DNA from: an uncultured Phascolarctobacterium sp.
Lineage (GTDB): Bacteria > Bacillota > Negativicutes > Acidaminococcales > Acidaminococcaceae
Assembly (NCBI GenBank): GCA_900757795.1
Contig: CAAEPE010000045.1
Coordinates: 33,062-97,061, forward strand
DNA: 64,000 bases
Direction: 5' to 3'
Made by a program: the position numbers and the translations under genes. Below are positions 56,858-64,000 of the stretch, one piece after another. Positions within the stretch are counted from its first letter, which is position 1, and each line of letters starts with the position of its first letter. Under the pieces are notes generated by a model that was not told the DNA's origin, made no database searches, and worked only from the letters and a program-made list of their open reading frames with translations.

Positions 56858-58945
56858 TTATTTTTGCATGCCTTTCATCAGCACTGCTTTTCTGGAGAGA
56901 TTGATACGGCCTTTGTTGTCAATTTCGGTTACTTTAACAACAATTTCGTCGCCTACGGATACAACGTCCTCTACCTTGTCTACATGTTCGGTGGACAGCT
57001 GAGAAATATGTACCAAGCCTTCCTTGCCGGGCAGAATTTCTACGAAAGCACCGAAGTTCATCAAGCGAGTTACTTTGCCTGTATAAATTTTTCCGGGCTC
57101 AGCTTCTGCGGTGATGCCGTTAATCAAATCAATAGCTTTGTTAGCGGATTCGCTGTTGATGGCTGCAATGAAAATGCGTCCGGTATCGTCAATATCGATT
57201 TTAGCTCCGGTTTCATCAATAATCTTTTTAATGGTTTTACCGCCGGGTCCGATAACCTTAGCAATTTTATCCGGATCTACATGAATGGTGGTAATCTTAG
57301 GAGCGTATTTGGACAGCTCTTTGCGCGGTTCGCTGATGCATTCCATCATCTTGCCCATGATGAACTCACGGCCGCGTTTTGCTTGTGCCAAAGCTTGAGT
57401 GAAGATATCTTTGTTGATACCGTCAATCTTAATATCCATTTGAATAGCAGTAATACCTTTTTCGGTACCTGCTACTTTAAAGTCCATATCACCCAAAGCG
57501 TCTTCAAGTCCTTGAATATCAGTCAAAATAGTAAAATAGTCGCCGTCTTTAACAAGACCCATAGCAACACCGGCAACAGGAGCTTTAATAGGTACGCCTG
57601 CATCCATCAAAGACAGAGTGCTTGCACATACGGAACCCATGGAAGAAGAACCGTTAGATTCCAACACCTCGGATACTAAACGAATTGCATAAGGGAATTC
57701 TTCTTCAGAAGGAATAACCGGTTTTAAAGCACGTTCTGCCAAAGCGCCGTGACCAATTTCGCGGCGACCGGGACTACGCAGAGGTTTAGTTTCACCTACG
57801 GAATACGGCGGGAAGTTATAGTGATGAATATAGCGTTTAGTCTCTTCTGCTCCCAAACCATCAAGAACCTGCGCCTCACGCAGAGGAGCCAGCGCTAATA
57901 CGTTCAAAATTTGCGTTTGTCCACGAGTAAACAAAGAACTGCCGTGCGGACGAGCCAGCAGACCAACTTCACAGGTTACAGGACGAACTTCGTCTAATTG
58001 ACGTCCATCAGGACGAATCTTATCCACAGAAATAGTACGGCGAACAATTTTCTTTACAAGCTTTTGAGTAATATATGCAACGTCTTTATCGTTGTCAGGA
58101 TATTTCTCTAAGAATACTTCAGCGATTTCTGCTTTTACTTTAGCAACGTTTTCTTCGCGCTCCAGCTTATTAGCGTCCATCAAAGCGTCTTTAAGCTTTT
58201 GTGCACCATATTCTTCAATTTCGCTTACTAATTCAGCAGGCGGAACGTAAACGGGCACTTCCATTTTGGTTTTGCCGATTTCAGCAACAATTTTTTCTTG
58301 GAATTCAACCAATTCCTTAATTACGCCATGACCAAACCAAATTGCGTCCAGCATAGTTTGTTCAGATACTTCTTTAGCTCCCGCTTCTACCATCAAGATA
58401 GCATCCTTCGTACCGGCAACAGCCAAATTCAATTCAGAAATTTTAGCTTGCTCAACAGTAGGATTAACGATAAATTGACCGTCAATCATACCAACGCGCA
58501 CGCCGGCAATAGGTCCTTCAAAAGGAATATCAGAAATAGACAGTGCGCAGGAAGCGCCTACCATGGCAGGCATATCGGGAGCATTGTCCGGATCTACGGA
58601 AACAGCAGTAGCAACAATTTGTACATCGTTGTGATAGCCATCCGGGAACATCGGACGAATAGGACGGTCAATCAGACGGCTGGTTAAAATAGCCTGCTCG
58701 CTGGGACGACCTTCACGTTTAATAAAACCACCGGGAATTTTACCTACGGCGTACATTTTTTCTTCAAAATCAACGGTCAAAGGGAAAAAGTCTACACCCT
58801 CACGCGGGGTTTTGGTGCCGGTAACGGCAACTACTACGGCAGTGTCGCCATAGCGTACTAATACAGCGCCATTGGCTTGTTTTGCGATCTTGCCGGCTTC
58901 AATGGTTAAAGTTCTGCCACCAAGCTCCATGCTGTAACTATGCAT
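56858..58945 (-). CDS. pnp: Polyribonucleotide nucleotidyltransferase
   Basis: Two RNase PH-like domains, then KH and S1 domains. Canonical PNPase N-terminus. GAGGAGG RBS. Confidence 0.9.
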   Translation of the reverse strand: MHSYSMELGGRTLTIEAGKIAKQANGAVLVRYGDTAVVVAVTGTKTPREGVDFFPLTVDFEEKMYAVGKIPGGFIKREGRPSEQAILTSRLIDRPIRPMFPDGYHNDVQIVATAVSVDPDNAPDMPAMVGASCALSISDIPFEGPIAGVRVGMIDGQFIVNPTVEQAKISELNLAVAGTKDAILMVEAGAKEVSEQTMLDAIWFGHGVIKELVEFQEKIVAEIGKTKMEVPVYVPPAELVSEIEEYGAQKLKDALMDANKLEREENVAKVKAEIAEVFLEKYPDNDKDVAYITQKLVKKIVRRTISVDKIRPDGRQLDEVRPVTCEVGLLARPHGSSLFTRGQTQILNVLALAPLREAQVLDGLGAEETKRYIHHYNFPPYSVGETKPLRSPGRREIGHGALAERALKPVIPSEEEFPYAIRLVSEVLESNGSSSMGSVCASTLSLMDAGVPIKAPVAGVAMGLVKDGDYFTILTDIQGLEDALGDMDFKVAGTEKGITAIQMDIKIDGINKDIFTQALAQAKRGREFIMGKMMECISEPRKELSKYAPKITTIHVDPDKIAKVIGPGGKTIKKIIDETGAKIDIDDTGRIFIAAINSESANKAIDLINGITAEAEPGKIYTGKVTRLMNFGAFVEILPGKEGLVHISQLSTEHVDKVEDVVSVGDEIVVKVTEIDNKGRINLSRKAVLMKGMQK

Positions 58946-59046
58946 ATTTTTATGCCTCCTCTTAGTTTTTCACACATTGTGTACCTGTATGCTATTCGCC
59001 ATTAATCAGAAAAATCCTCTTTTTTAACAGCAAATTTTTAAAAATT

Positions 59047-59451
59047 TTACATAAATAAACGCAGAATAAAAACCACCACAGCGCCAATGGCAGCAAAAAC
59101 GATAAATGTTGGCAGTAAAAAGAAAACTAGGGTCAAAACTCCACCTAAAATCAGCAGAGTCATTAAAATACTACTGCCGCAGCCAAAGCTGTGCACCTTA
59201 ATATTAGGCTGCTGCTTCCCCTGCCTGTTGTAACCTTGATAGCTATAGTTACTTTCACGATACTGTCTGTCGTTATTATCTTTCACATTTTTATTATCAG
59301 TAGTTGTGCCATCCTCCTCAATGGTAACACCCTCAAAGGTATCGCGCTCATTAGGAGAAAGAACCTGAGCATCTATTTCAAAACGATAATGACAATAAGG
59401 ACATTCCACAACACCCTTATCTACTTCGCGTCCACAAAATCCACATTTCAT
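59047..59451 (-). CDS. Small zinc-ribbon protein with a C-terminal double TM anchor (hypothetical)
   Basis: N-terminal CGFCG...CPYC zinc ribbon, an Asn/Gln-rich linker and two C-terminal hydrophobic helices. Lies 14 nt downstream of the 520-aa gene. Confidence 0.55.
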   Translation of the reverse strand: MKCGFCGREVDKGVVECPYCHYRFEIDAQVLSPNERDTFEGVTIEEDGTTTDNKNVKDNNDRQYRESNYSYQGYNRQGKQQPNIKVHSFGCGSSILMTLLILGGVLTLVFFLLPTFIVFAAIGAVVVFILRLFM

Positions 59452-59464
59452 AGAATATCTCCTT

Positions 59465-61027
59465 TTATTTTATCAACAATAAGAAAAATAAGCTTTCTTC
59501 ATTAAGGTAACGCGGATCATGCACAGTTAAGCAAAGCTTCTTATTGAGGTCTTCATAAATACGCAACAGCTCCTGGGGTGATACGCCTCCGCACATCAGC
59601 GCAATTTGCTGCGGTTTGTACAGATAGGCACCAATAGTCTGCACAAAGGCATAAATAACTCCCGCTGCCCAATTTCCCGGCATGAGAATCCCAGCAGCAT
59701 CTTTTTGCGAGCTAACTAGATAATCGCTCCACATTTGCTGTGCTAAGGTAATATCATAGAAGCTAAAAGAATACTTGCGCATAAAAGCAGCAATTTTTTG
59801 CGCAACGGCATCATGAAGCAATGGTGCAGGTTTATAATTTTGGTATAAGTCGACTTTAGCGCCGATATCCTGTGACCATATAAAAGCGTCTCTAAGCATT
59901 GCCATATGACGCGAAAAAATGGGAAATCTTTTAATAAAATCACTCCAAGACAATTCGCCGCCAAAACGCACAGAAGCCAAGCTTTTTGCTTGCTGCATGC
60001 TTTGCATAAACTGCGTTAATCTACGACCTGGCAAGTTGATTCCCTGCATACAATCCACAATCATTGTTTGATTATAAAAAATATGCGCCGTAAAAACCAT
60101 ATTTTTGATATCCAAAGACTCATCTAAAGGCAAAAGTAAAAGATAATCTTCCTTAGTAAAAATATTTATGCAGCTATATAAGCCTTCATCCGTTTTGTCC
60201 TTGACAGTAAAAAAAACAAATTCTGCTTGCAGCAGTTCATACAAAATATCTCTGTTAACTGCATCACGTTGCCTAAAATCCGTTTCACTGAATACATCAT
60301 AAAAATATTGAATTGGCGTTTTGTCATTAGCTATCATGCGGTATTCAAAGAAAAAGTAATTCCAAAAATTCTTAGATATTTCTTCTTTGATAATTTCTTC
60401 TGACTGTGAATCGCCGCCCAGCAAAATTTTTATATAAGAATAGATAAAATTTGCTCGTTCTAAATCGCTATGATATTTTTTATCCGAAAAAAAGGTATAC
60501 ATATACTGCATCAGTGCATCTATCCGTTCGCCTATATTCAGAAAAATCTTGGCAGGCAAATCAGGTGTCAAGCAAATACCATATTGCTCATAACCGGGCA
60601 GTAAGTTTCCCTCTGAGTCCAAAATATGCAGCTGGTTATCAGCAAAAAGTATTTTTTCAGCTTCATTGGGAGCTTTGTCACTGGTAATAATACGTTTTCT
60701 TTTTAAATGCGTATATAAATCGCTAATAGTATGCAAAAAAGCTTCTGCTTTAGAAATAGTTAACTCAAAGCCAGAAACATTGCGAGTACACCAGCTTAGA
60801 CAGTCGATAAAATCATCTTTTGTCATATCGCCCAAAAAATTTCCCGAATTGCCTAAATAAATGCAAAAAATAGTAATATTTTCCCACGCATCAAAGAGCT
60901 CATCCTCACTGGCTCCCTGCCATAACTTGGCGCGCAAAAAATTTTCTACATAGCTTTGACGCAATACGCTATTCCATTCTCCATCCTGTGAATAAAAATC
61001 ATTTACTAAATCAAATACATTTTCCAT
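59465..61027 (-). CDS. Hypothetical cytoplasmic protein (520 aa, no recognised domain)
   Basis: Long clean ORF with its own extended -10 promoter (TGCTATAAT) upstream and coding-like codon usage. No catalytic motif recognised. Confidence 0.55.
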   Translation of the reverse strand: MENVFDLVNDFYSQDGEWNSVLRQSYVENFLRAKLWQGASEDELFDAWENITIFCIYLGNSGNFLGDMTKDDFIDCLSWCTRNVSGFELTISKAEAFLHTISDLYTHLKRKRIITSDKAPNEAEKILFADNQLHILDSEGNLLPGYEQYGICLTPDLPAKIFLNIGERIDALMQYMYTFFSDKKYHSDLERANFIYSYIKILLGGDSQSEEIIKEEISKNFWNYFFFEYRMIANDKTPIQYFYDVFSETDFRQRDAVNRDILYELLQAEFVFFTVKDKTDEGLYSCINIFTKEDYLLLLPLDESLDIKNMVFTAHIFYNQTMIVDCMQGINLPGRRLTQFMQSMQQAKSLASVRFGGELSWSDFIKRFPIFSRHMAMLRDAFIWSQDIGAKVDLYQNYKPAPLLHDAVAQKIAAFMRKYSFSFYDITLAQQMWSDYLVSSQKDAAGILMPGNWAAGVIYAFVQTIGAYLYKPQQIALMCGGVSPQELLRIYEDLNKKLCLTVHDPRYLNEESLFFLLLIK

Positions 61028-61146
61028 TATTGCTCCATAGTAAGTTCCATCATTTTCTAAGAATATTATAGCATACTTTTATGTCAATTCTATGTTTTTA
61101 CCTTGACCTTAAATGCAGCACAAAAATTTTTCGGTGCCTAAATAAA

Positions 61147-62580
61147 TTAAGCAAAACAAGCGTGAACTTCGCGATAAACCTCTATTAGTGGCACATTATT
61201 TTTTTCAGCAGTTTCAACAGCGCTATTATATTCAACATAGTAGCGGCTGTCACGTCCTTGGTCGCACACCTTTACCTTAACTGCACCGTACATAGTCTGT
61301 ACTACTTCTTCGTGACGCGGTAAAATGCTGCGCTCCATTAAGGTATGGCGAATGCCGATAGTGCTGGTTTCAGCAAAGATAATTTTTTCCATTGCTTCTT
61401 TAGCCTGCGGTTCGCACAGAACCTGCAGTTCATAAGCTGGGCGCTGCTTTTTCATAAAAATAGGCACATAGCTTACGTCTAAAGCACCGGCAGCCAGCAA
61501 ACGCTCCATAGTATAGCCAAGCAGTTCGCCTGTACAATCGTCTATATTAGATTCCAGTTTACAGACCGTGTCTACGTGTAAAGCGGAAAACTCTTTTTTA
61601 TTTCCATCATCAATAATCATCGCACGCAAAATGCTGGGACGTTCATAATTGCGCTTACCGGCACCTAAGCCGATGCTTGCGATAGTAAAGCTTGGCGGAA
61701 GTTCAGAACAGGTTCGTAGTGCAGCAACTGCAGCAGCGCCTGTAGGCGTAACAAATTCTCCCTCAATAGGTAAAAGCTTCATAGTAATTTGATATTTTTG
61801 CATAATATTAGCGACTGCAGGCACAGGTACCGGCAGCACGCCGTGCTGACAACGCACAGTTCCGCGACCTTCACACAGCTCTGGCACAATTACTTCCGTA
61901 ATGTTCATACTGTCCACACATACAGCAATAGCGATTATATCTACAATGGAATCAATTGCTCCTACCTCGTGAAAATGCACTTCATTTTTCGGCACAGCGT
62001 GAGCCTTAGCCTCGGCTTCAGCGATAACATCAAATATTTTTATTGCTAAAGCTTTGGCAGATTCGGTCATAGAGGTCTGCGCAATAATTTCCATAACCTC
62101 CTGTAATCCACGGTGTTCATGTTTATGATGATGTTCTTGGGGTGCATTATTATATTCGTGACCATGCTCGTTATTGTGACTATGCACTGTTTCATCACGA
62201 TGTTCATGATAATATTCTTCGCTGTATTGGTCATGCTGGTGCTCATAATCATGACTATGTATAGTTTCATCGAAATGCTCTTGTTGTTGCTCATAACAAT
62301 GCTTATGGGTATAATGGTGTATTTTCGCATCATTGTTCAACCCGTGTAAATAAGCCATATCATGATCATGATTTTCGTGTTCTTCGTCTAATTGCACATC
62401 AAAATCGCAGCAATCTACTCCCGCTTTTTTTACGCGGCTGATATTATATATAAAACCTTTAGCCGGAATACTGGATAAGGCTTCGTCCAGCGCACTGCGA
62501 TCGGCTCCCAAATCCAGCAAAGCGGCAACCAGCATATCCCCGCTAATACCTGCGTTACATTCTAAATATAAAGCTTTCAT
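61147..62580 (-). CDS. larC: LarC-family nickel insertion protein (nickel-pincer nucleotide cofactor biosynthesis, DUF111), with a long His-rich insert
   Basis: N-terminal LECNAGISGDML motif, a His/Glu/Tyr-rich low-complexity segment (about aa 65-150) and a conserved C-terminal half. Downstream of larE and larB. Confidence 0.75.
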   Translation of the reverse strand: MKALYLECNAGISGDMLVAALLDLGADRSALDEALSSIPAKGFIYNISRVKKAGVDCCDFDVQLDEEHENHDHDMAYLHGLNNDAKIHHYTHKHCYEQQQEHFDETIHSHDYEHQHDQYSEEYYHEHRDETVHSHNNEHGHEYNNAPQEHHHKHEHRGLQEVMEIIAQTSMTESAKALAIKIFDVIAEAEAKAHAVPKNEVHFHEVGAIDSIVDIIAIAVCVDSMNITEVIVPELCEGRGTVRCQHGVLPVPVPAVANIMQKYQITMKLLPIEGEFVTPTGAAAVAALRTCSELPPSFTIASIGLGAGKRNYERPSILRAMIIDDGNKKEFSALHVDTVCKLESNIDDCTGELLGYTMERLLAAGALDVSYVPIFMKKQRPAYELQVLCEPQAKEAMEKIIFAETSTIGIRHTLMERSILPRHEEVVQTMYGAVKVKVCDQGRDSRYYVEYNSAVETAEKNNVPLIEVYREVHACFA

Positions 62581-62606
62581 AAATTCGTTTCCTCCTCTAA
62601 AGCATT

Positions 62607-63413
62607 TTATTTTAACATCTCATTCATACTGCCTGTACGGTAGCCAAAAAGGTCTAAGGTAACATAGCGAAAGCCATATTCTTGAAATTTACAATAAATT
62701 TCTCTACGAATTGGTACGGTCGCAGCTAAACTAAGATGTTCTGGTAAAACCTCAATGCGCGCCAGTTCTCCGTGCACCCGCACGCGAAATTGTTTAAAGC
62801 CTAAGCTAAAAAGCAACTGTTCCGCTCTATCTACGGCTTTTAACTTATCCAACGTAATTTTTTCGCCATAAGCAAAGCGTGAAGCTAAGCAAGCAAAGGA
62901 CGGTTTATCCCACGTTGGTAATGAAAATGTTTTAGACAAGCAGCGTATTTCTTCCTTAGTAAGCTGTACTTCCCGCAGAGGGCTATGCACCTTTAGCTCT
63001 GTCAAAGCTTGGATTCCAGGTCGATAATCCTGCAAGTCGTCTAGGTTCGAACCTTCACATAGCACTGCTCCCTTTTCTTCGGCTAGGTGCAAAAAATTAG
63101 TAAATAAAGTTTTTTTGCAAACGTAACAGCGATGCGGCGGATTCTCCGCAAATTCCGGCATATCCAGAGGATTAAAAGTAAACTTTATCTGTTCAATATT
63201 AAACTGTTGGCAAAATTTTATGCTCTCGCACACATCTCGTTCCGGAATAAAAAAAGAACAAGCAGTTACTGCCAAAGCATTTTTGCCCAAGGCTTCCTTA
63301 GATGCATAAAGTAAAAGTGTAGAATCCACGCCGCCGCTGAAAGCGACAAGCACTTTTTTCAGCTTTTTTAAATTATCAATTAGCTTCGCATATTTTATCT
63401 CTGAATTCTGCAT
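62607..63413 (-). CDS. larE: LarE-family PP-loop ATP pyrophosphatase (sacrificial sulfur transferase)
   Basis: PP-loop SGGVDS motif and the conserved Cys region of the LarE family. Neighbours larB and larC. Confidence 0.75.
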   Translation of the reverse strand: MQNSEIKYAKLIDNLKKLKKVLVAFSGGVDSTLLLYASKEALGKNALAVTACSFFIPERDVCESIKFCQQFNIEQIKFTFNPLDMPEFAENPPHRCYVCKKTLFTNFLHLAEEKGAVLCEGSNLDDLQDYRPGIQALTELKVHSPLREVQLTKEEIRCLSKTFSLPTWDKPSFACLASRFAYGEKITLDKLKAVDRAEQLLFSLGFKQFRVRVHGELARIEVLPEHLSLAATVPIRREIYCKFQEYGFRYVTLDLFGYRTGSMNEMLK

Positions 63414-63437
63414 TAAATATGCCTCATTTCTTTTGTG

Positions 63438-64000
63438 TTACTCATGACATCCGCGCACCGCTAACCGATTAATTTGTGTAGCAATATAGCCTGCGCCATA
63501 GCCATTATCTATATTCACCACAGATACGCAGTTAGCACAAGAATTTATCATTGTCAGCAAAGCGGCTACGCCATGAAAGTTAGCGCCATATCCCACGCTG
63601 GTAGGCACAGCAATAACAGGATTGCGTACTAAGCCGCCGATAACGCTGGCCAACGCTCCTTCCATGCCTGCTACGGCAATAATACAGTTAGCCTTTTGTA
63701 AATCTTCTACTTTATCCAATAACCTATGCAAACCGCTGACGCCAATGTCGTAACAGCGTTCTACATTTGAGCCAAAAAATTCTGCTGTCTGTGCCGCTTC
63801 TTCAGCTACAGGAACATCCGCCGTACCAGCCGTACAGACGGCAATCAAGCCTTCATATTTTTTGTTTGCTTTTTCAATTTTTAAAGTTCTGCCCACGGAG
63901 TCGTATGCAATGTTCGGCAAAACCTTGCGCACTAATTCGTATTGCGCAGGCGTAGCGCGTGTGCCGTAAACCTCTCCATGCTCGGCAAAAAGCTTTTGAA
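63438..64000 (-). CDS. larB: LarB-family PurE-like carboxylase/hydrolase; N-terminus lies beyond the window
   Basis: PurE-like C-terminal domain (AVCTAGTADVPVAEEA..., AVAGMEGALASV). The ORF is still open at the window edge. Confidence 0.7.
   Translation of the reverse strand, partial: QKLFAEHGEVYGTRATPAQYELVRKVLPNIAYDSVGRTLKIEKANKKYEGLIAVCTAGTADVPVAEEAAQTAEFFGSNVERCYDIGVSGLHRLLDKVEDLQKANCIIAVAGMEGALASVIGGLVRNPVIAVPTSVGYGANFHGVAALLTMINSCANCVSVVNIDNGYGAGYIATQINRLAVRGCHE

Noticed and set aside
62067-62349. Overlapping ORFs on both strands (88 aa minus, 78 aa plus) inside larC
   Set aside because: They arise from the His-codon-rich low-complexity DNA of the LarC insert. They have no RBS and are nested in a well-supported gene.

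Overview
This 64 kb window reads as a low-GC (about 40-45 %) anaerobic Firmicutes-type chromosome segment, mostly housekeeping genes with a few accessory islets. The conserved gene order dprA-topA-trmFO-xerC-codY points to Firmicutes, but the RNase P RNA found here is type A, which may indicate Negativicutes or a similar lineage; this is tentative.

Recognisable coding content, in order:
- a partial CitB/DcuR-type response regulator
- a wall and lipid cluster: TagA-like transferase, psd, pssA and a processive family-2 glycosyltransferase
- a compact MTA/5'-deoxyadenosine/SAH salvage cluster: HAD hydrolase, mtnP, mtnA, ahcY, class II aldolase and mtaD
- nfnAB
- an AT-rich islet with an orphan gene that looks like a PD-(D/E)xK nuclease
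- cstA
- pduL plus a co-transcribed secreted protein
- an IS30-family insertion carrying a zinc-ribbon companion gene
- lexA and a macro-domain protein
- an M16 peptidase
- a three-gene tRNA operon (Arg-TCT, Gly-TCC, Pro-TGG) on the minus strand
- an NlpC/P60 peptidase and a GtrB-like glycosyltransferase
- an EF-G paralog whose GTPase motifs are degenerate
- thiE-thiM-thiD, tkt, codY, xerC, trmFO, topA, dprA
- a UgtP-like glycosyltransferase, a nicotinate phosphoribosyltransferase, hydF and single-chain purL
- the dapB-asd-lysC-dapA operon, followed by a CGGC-domain gene
- dut, pnp, a two-gene unknown module, and larC-larE-larB (larB runs off the window)

Two non-coding elements are absent from the ORF track: an RNase P RNA gene (rnpB) and a lysine riboswitch in front of the dap/lys operon. 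There are no CRISPR arrays or reverse-transcriptase elements.

The observations most worth following up are the degenerate EF-G paralog, the low-GC orphan nuclease-like islet, the aldolase-containing salvage cluster, and the unknown 520-aa plus zinc-ribbon pair beside the lar genes. No single spectacular multi-gene novel system is evident. All functional calls rest on motif and family recognition by eye; no database searches were run.
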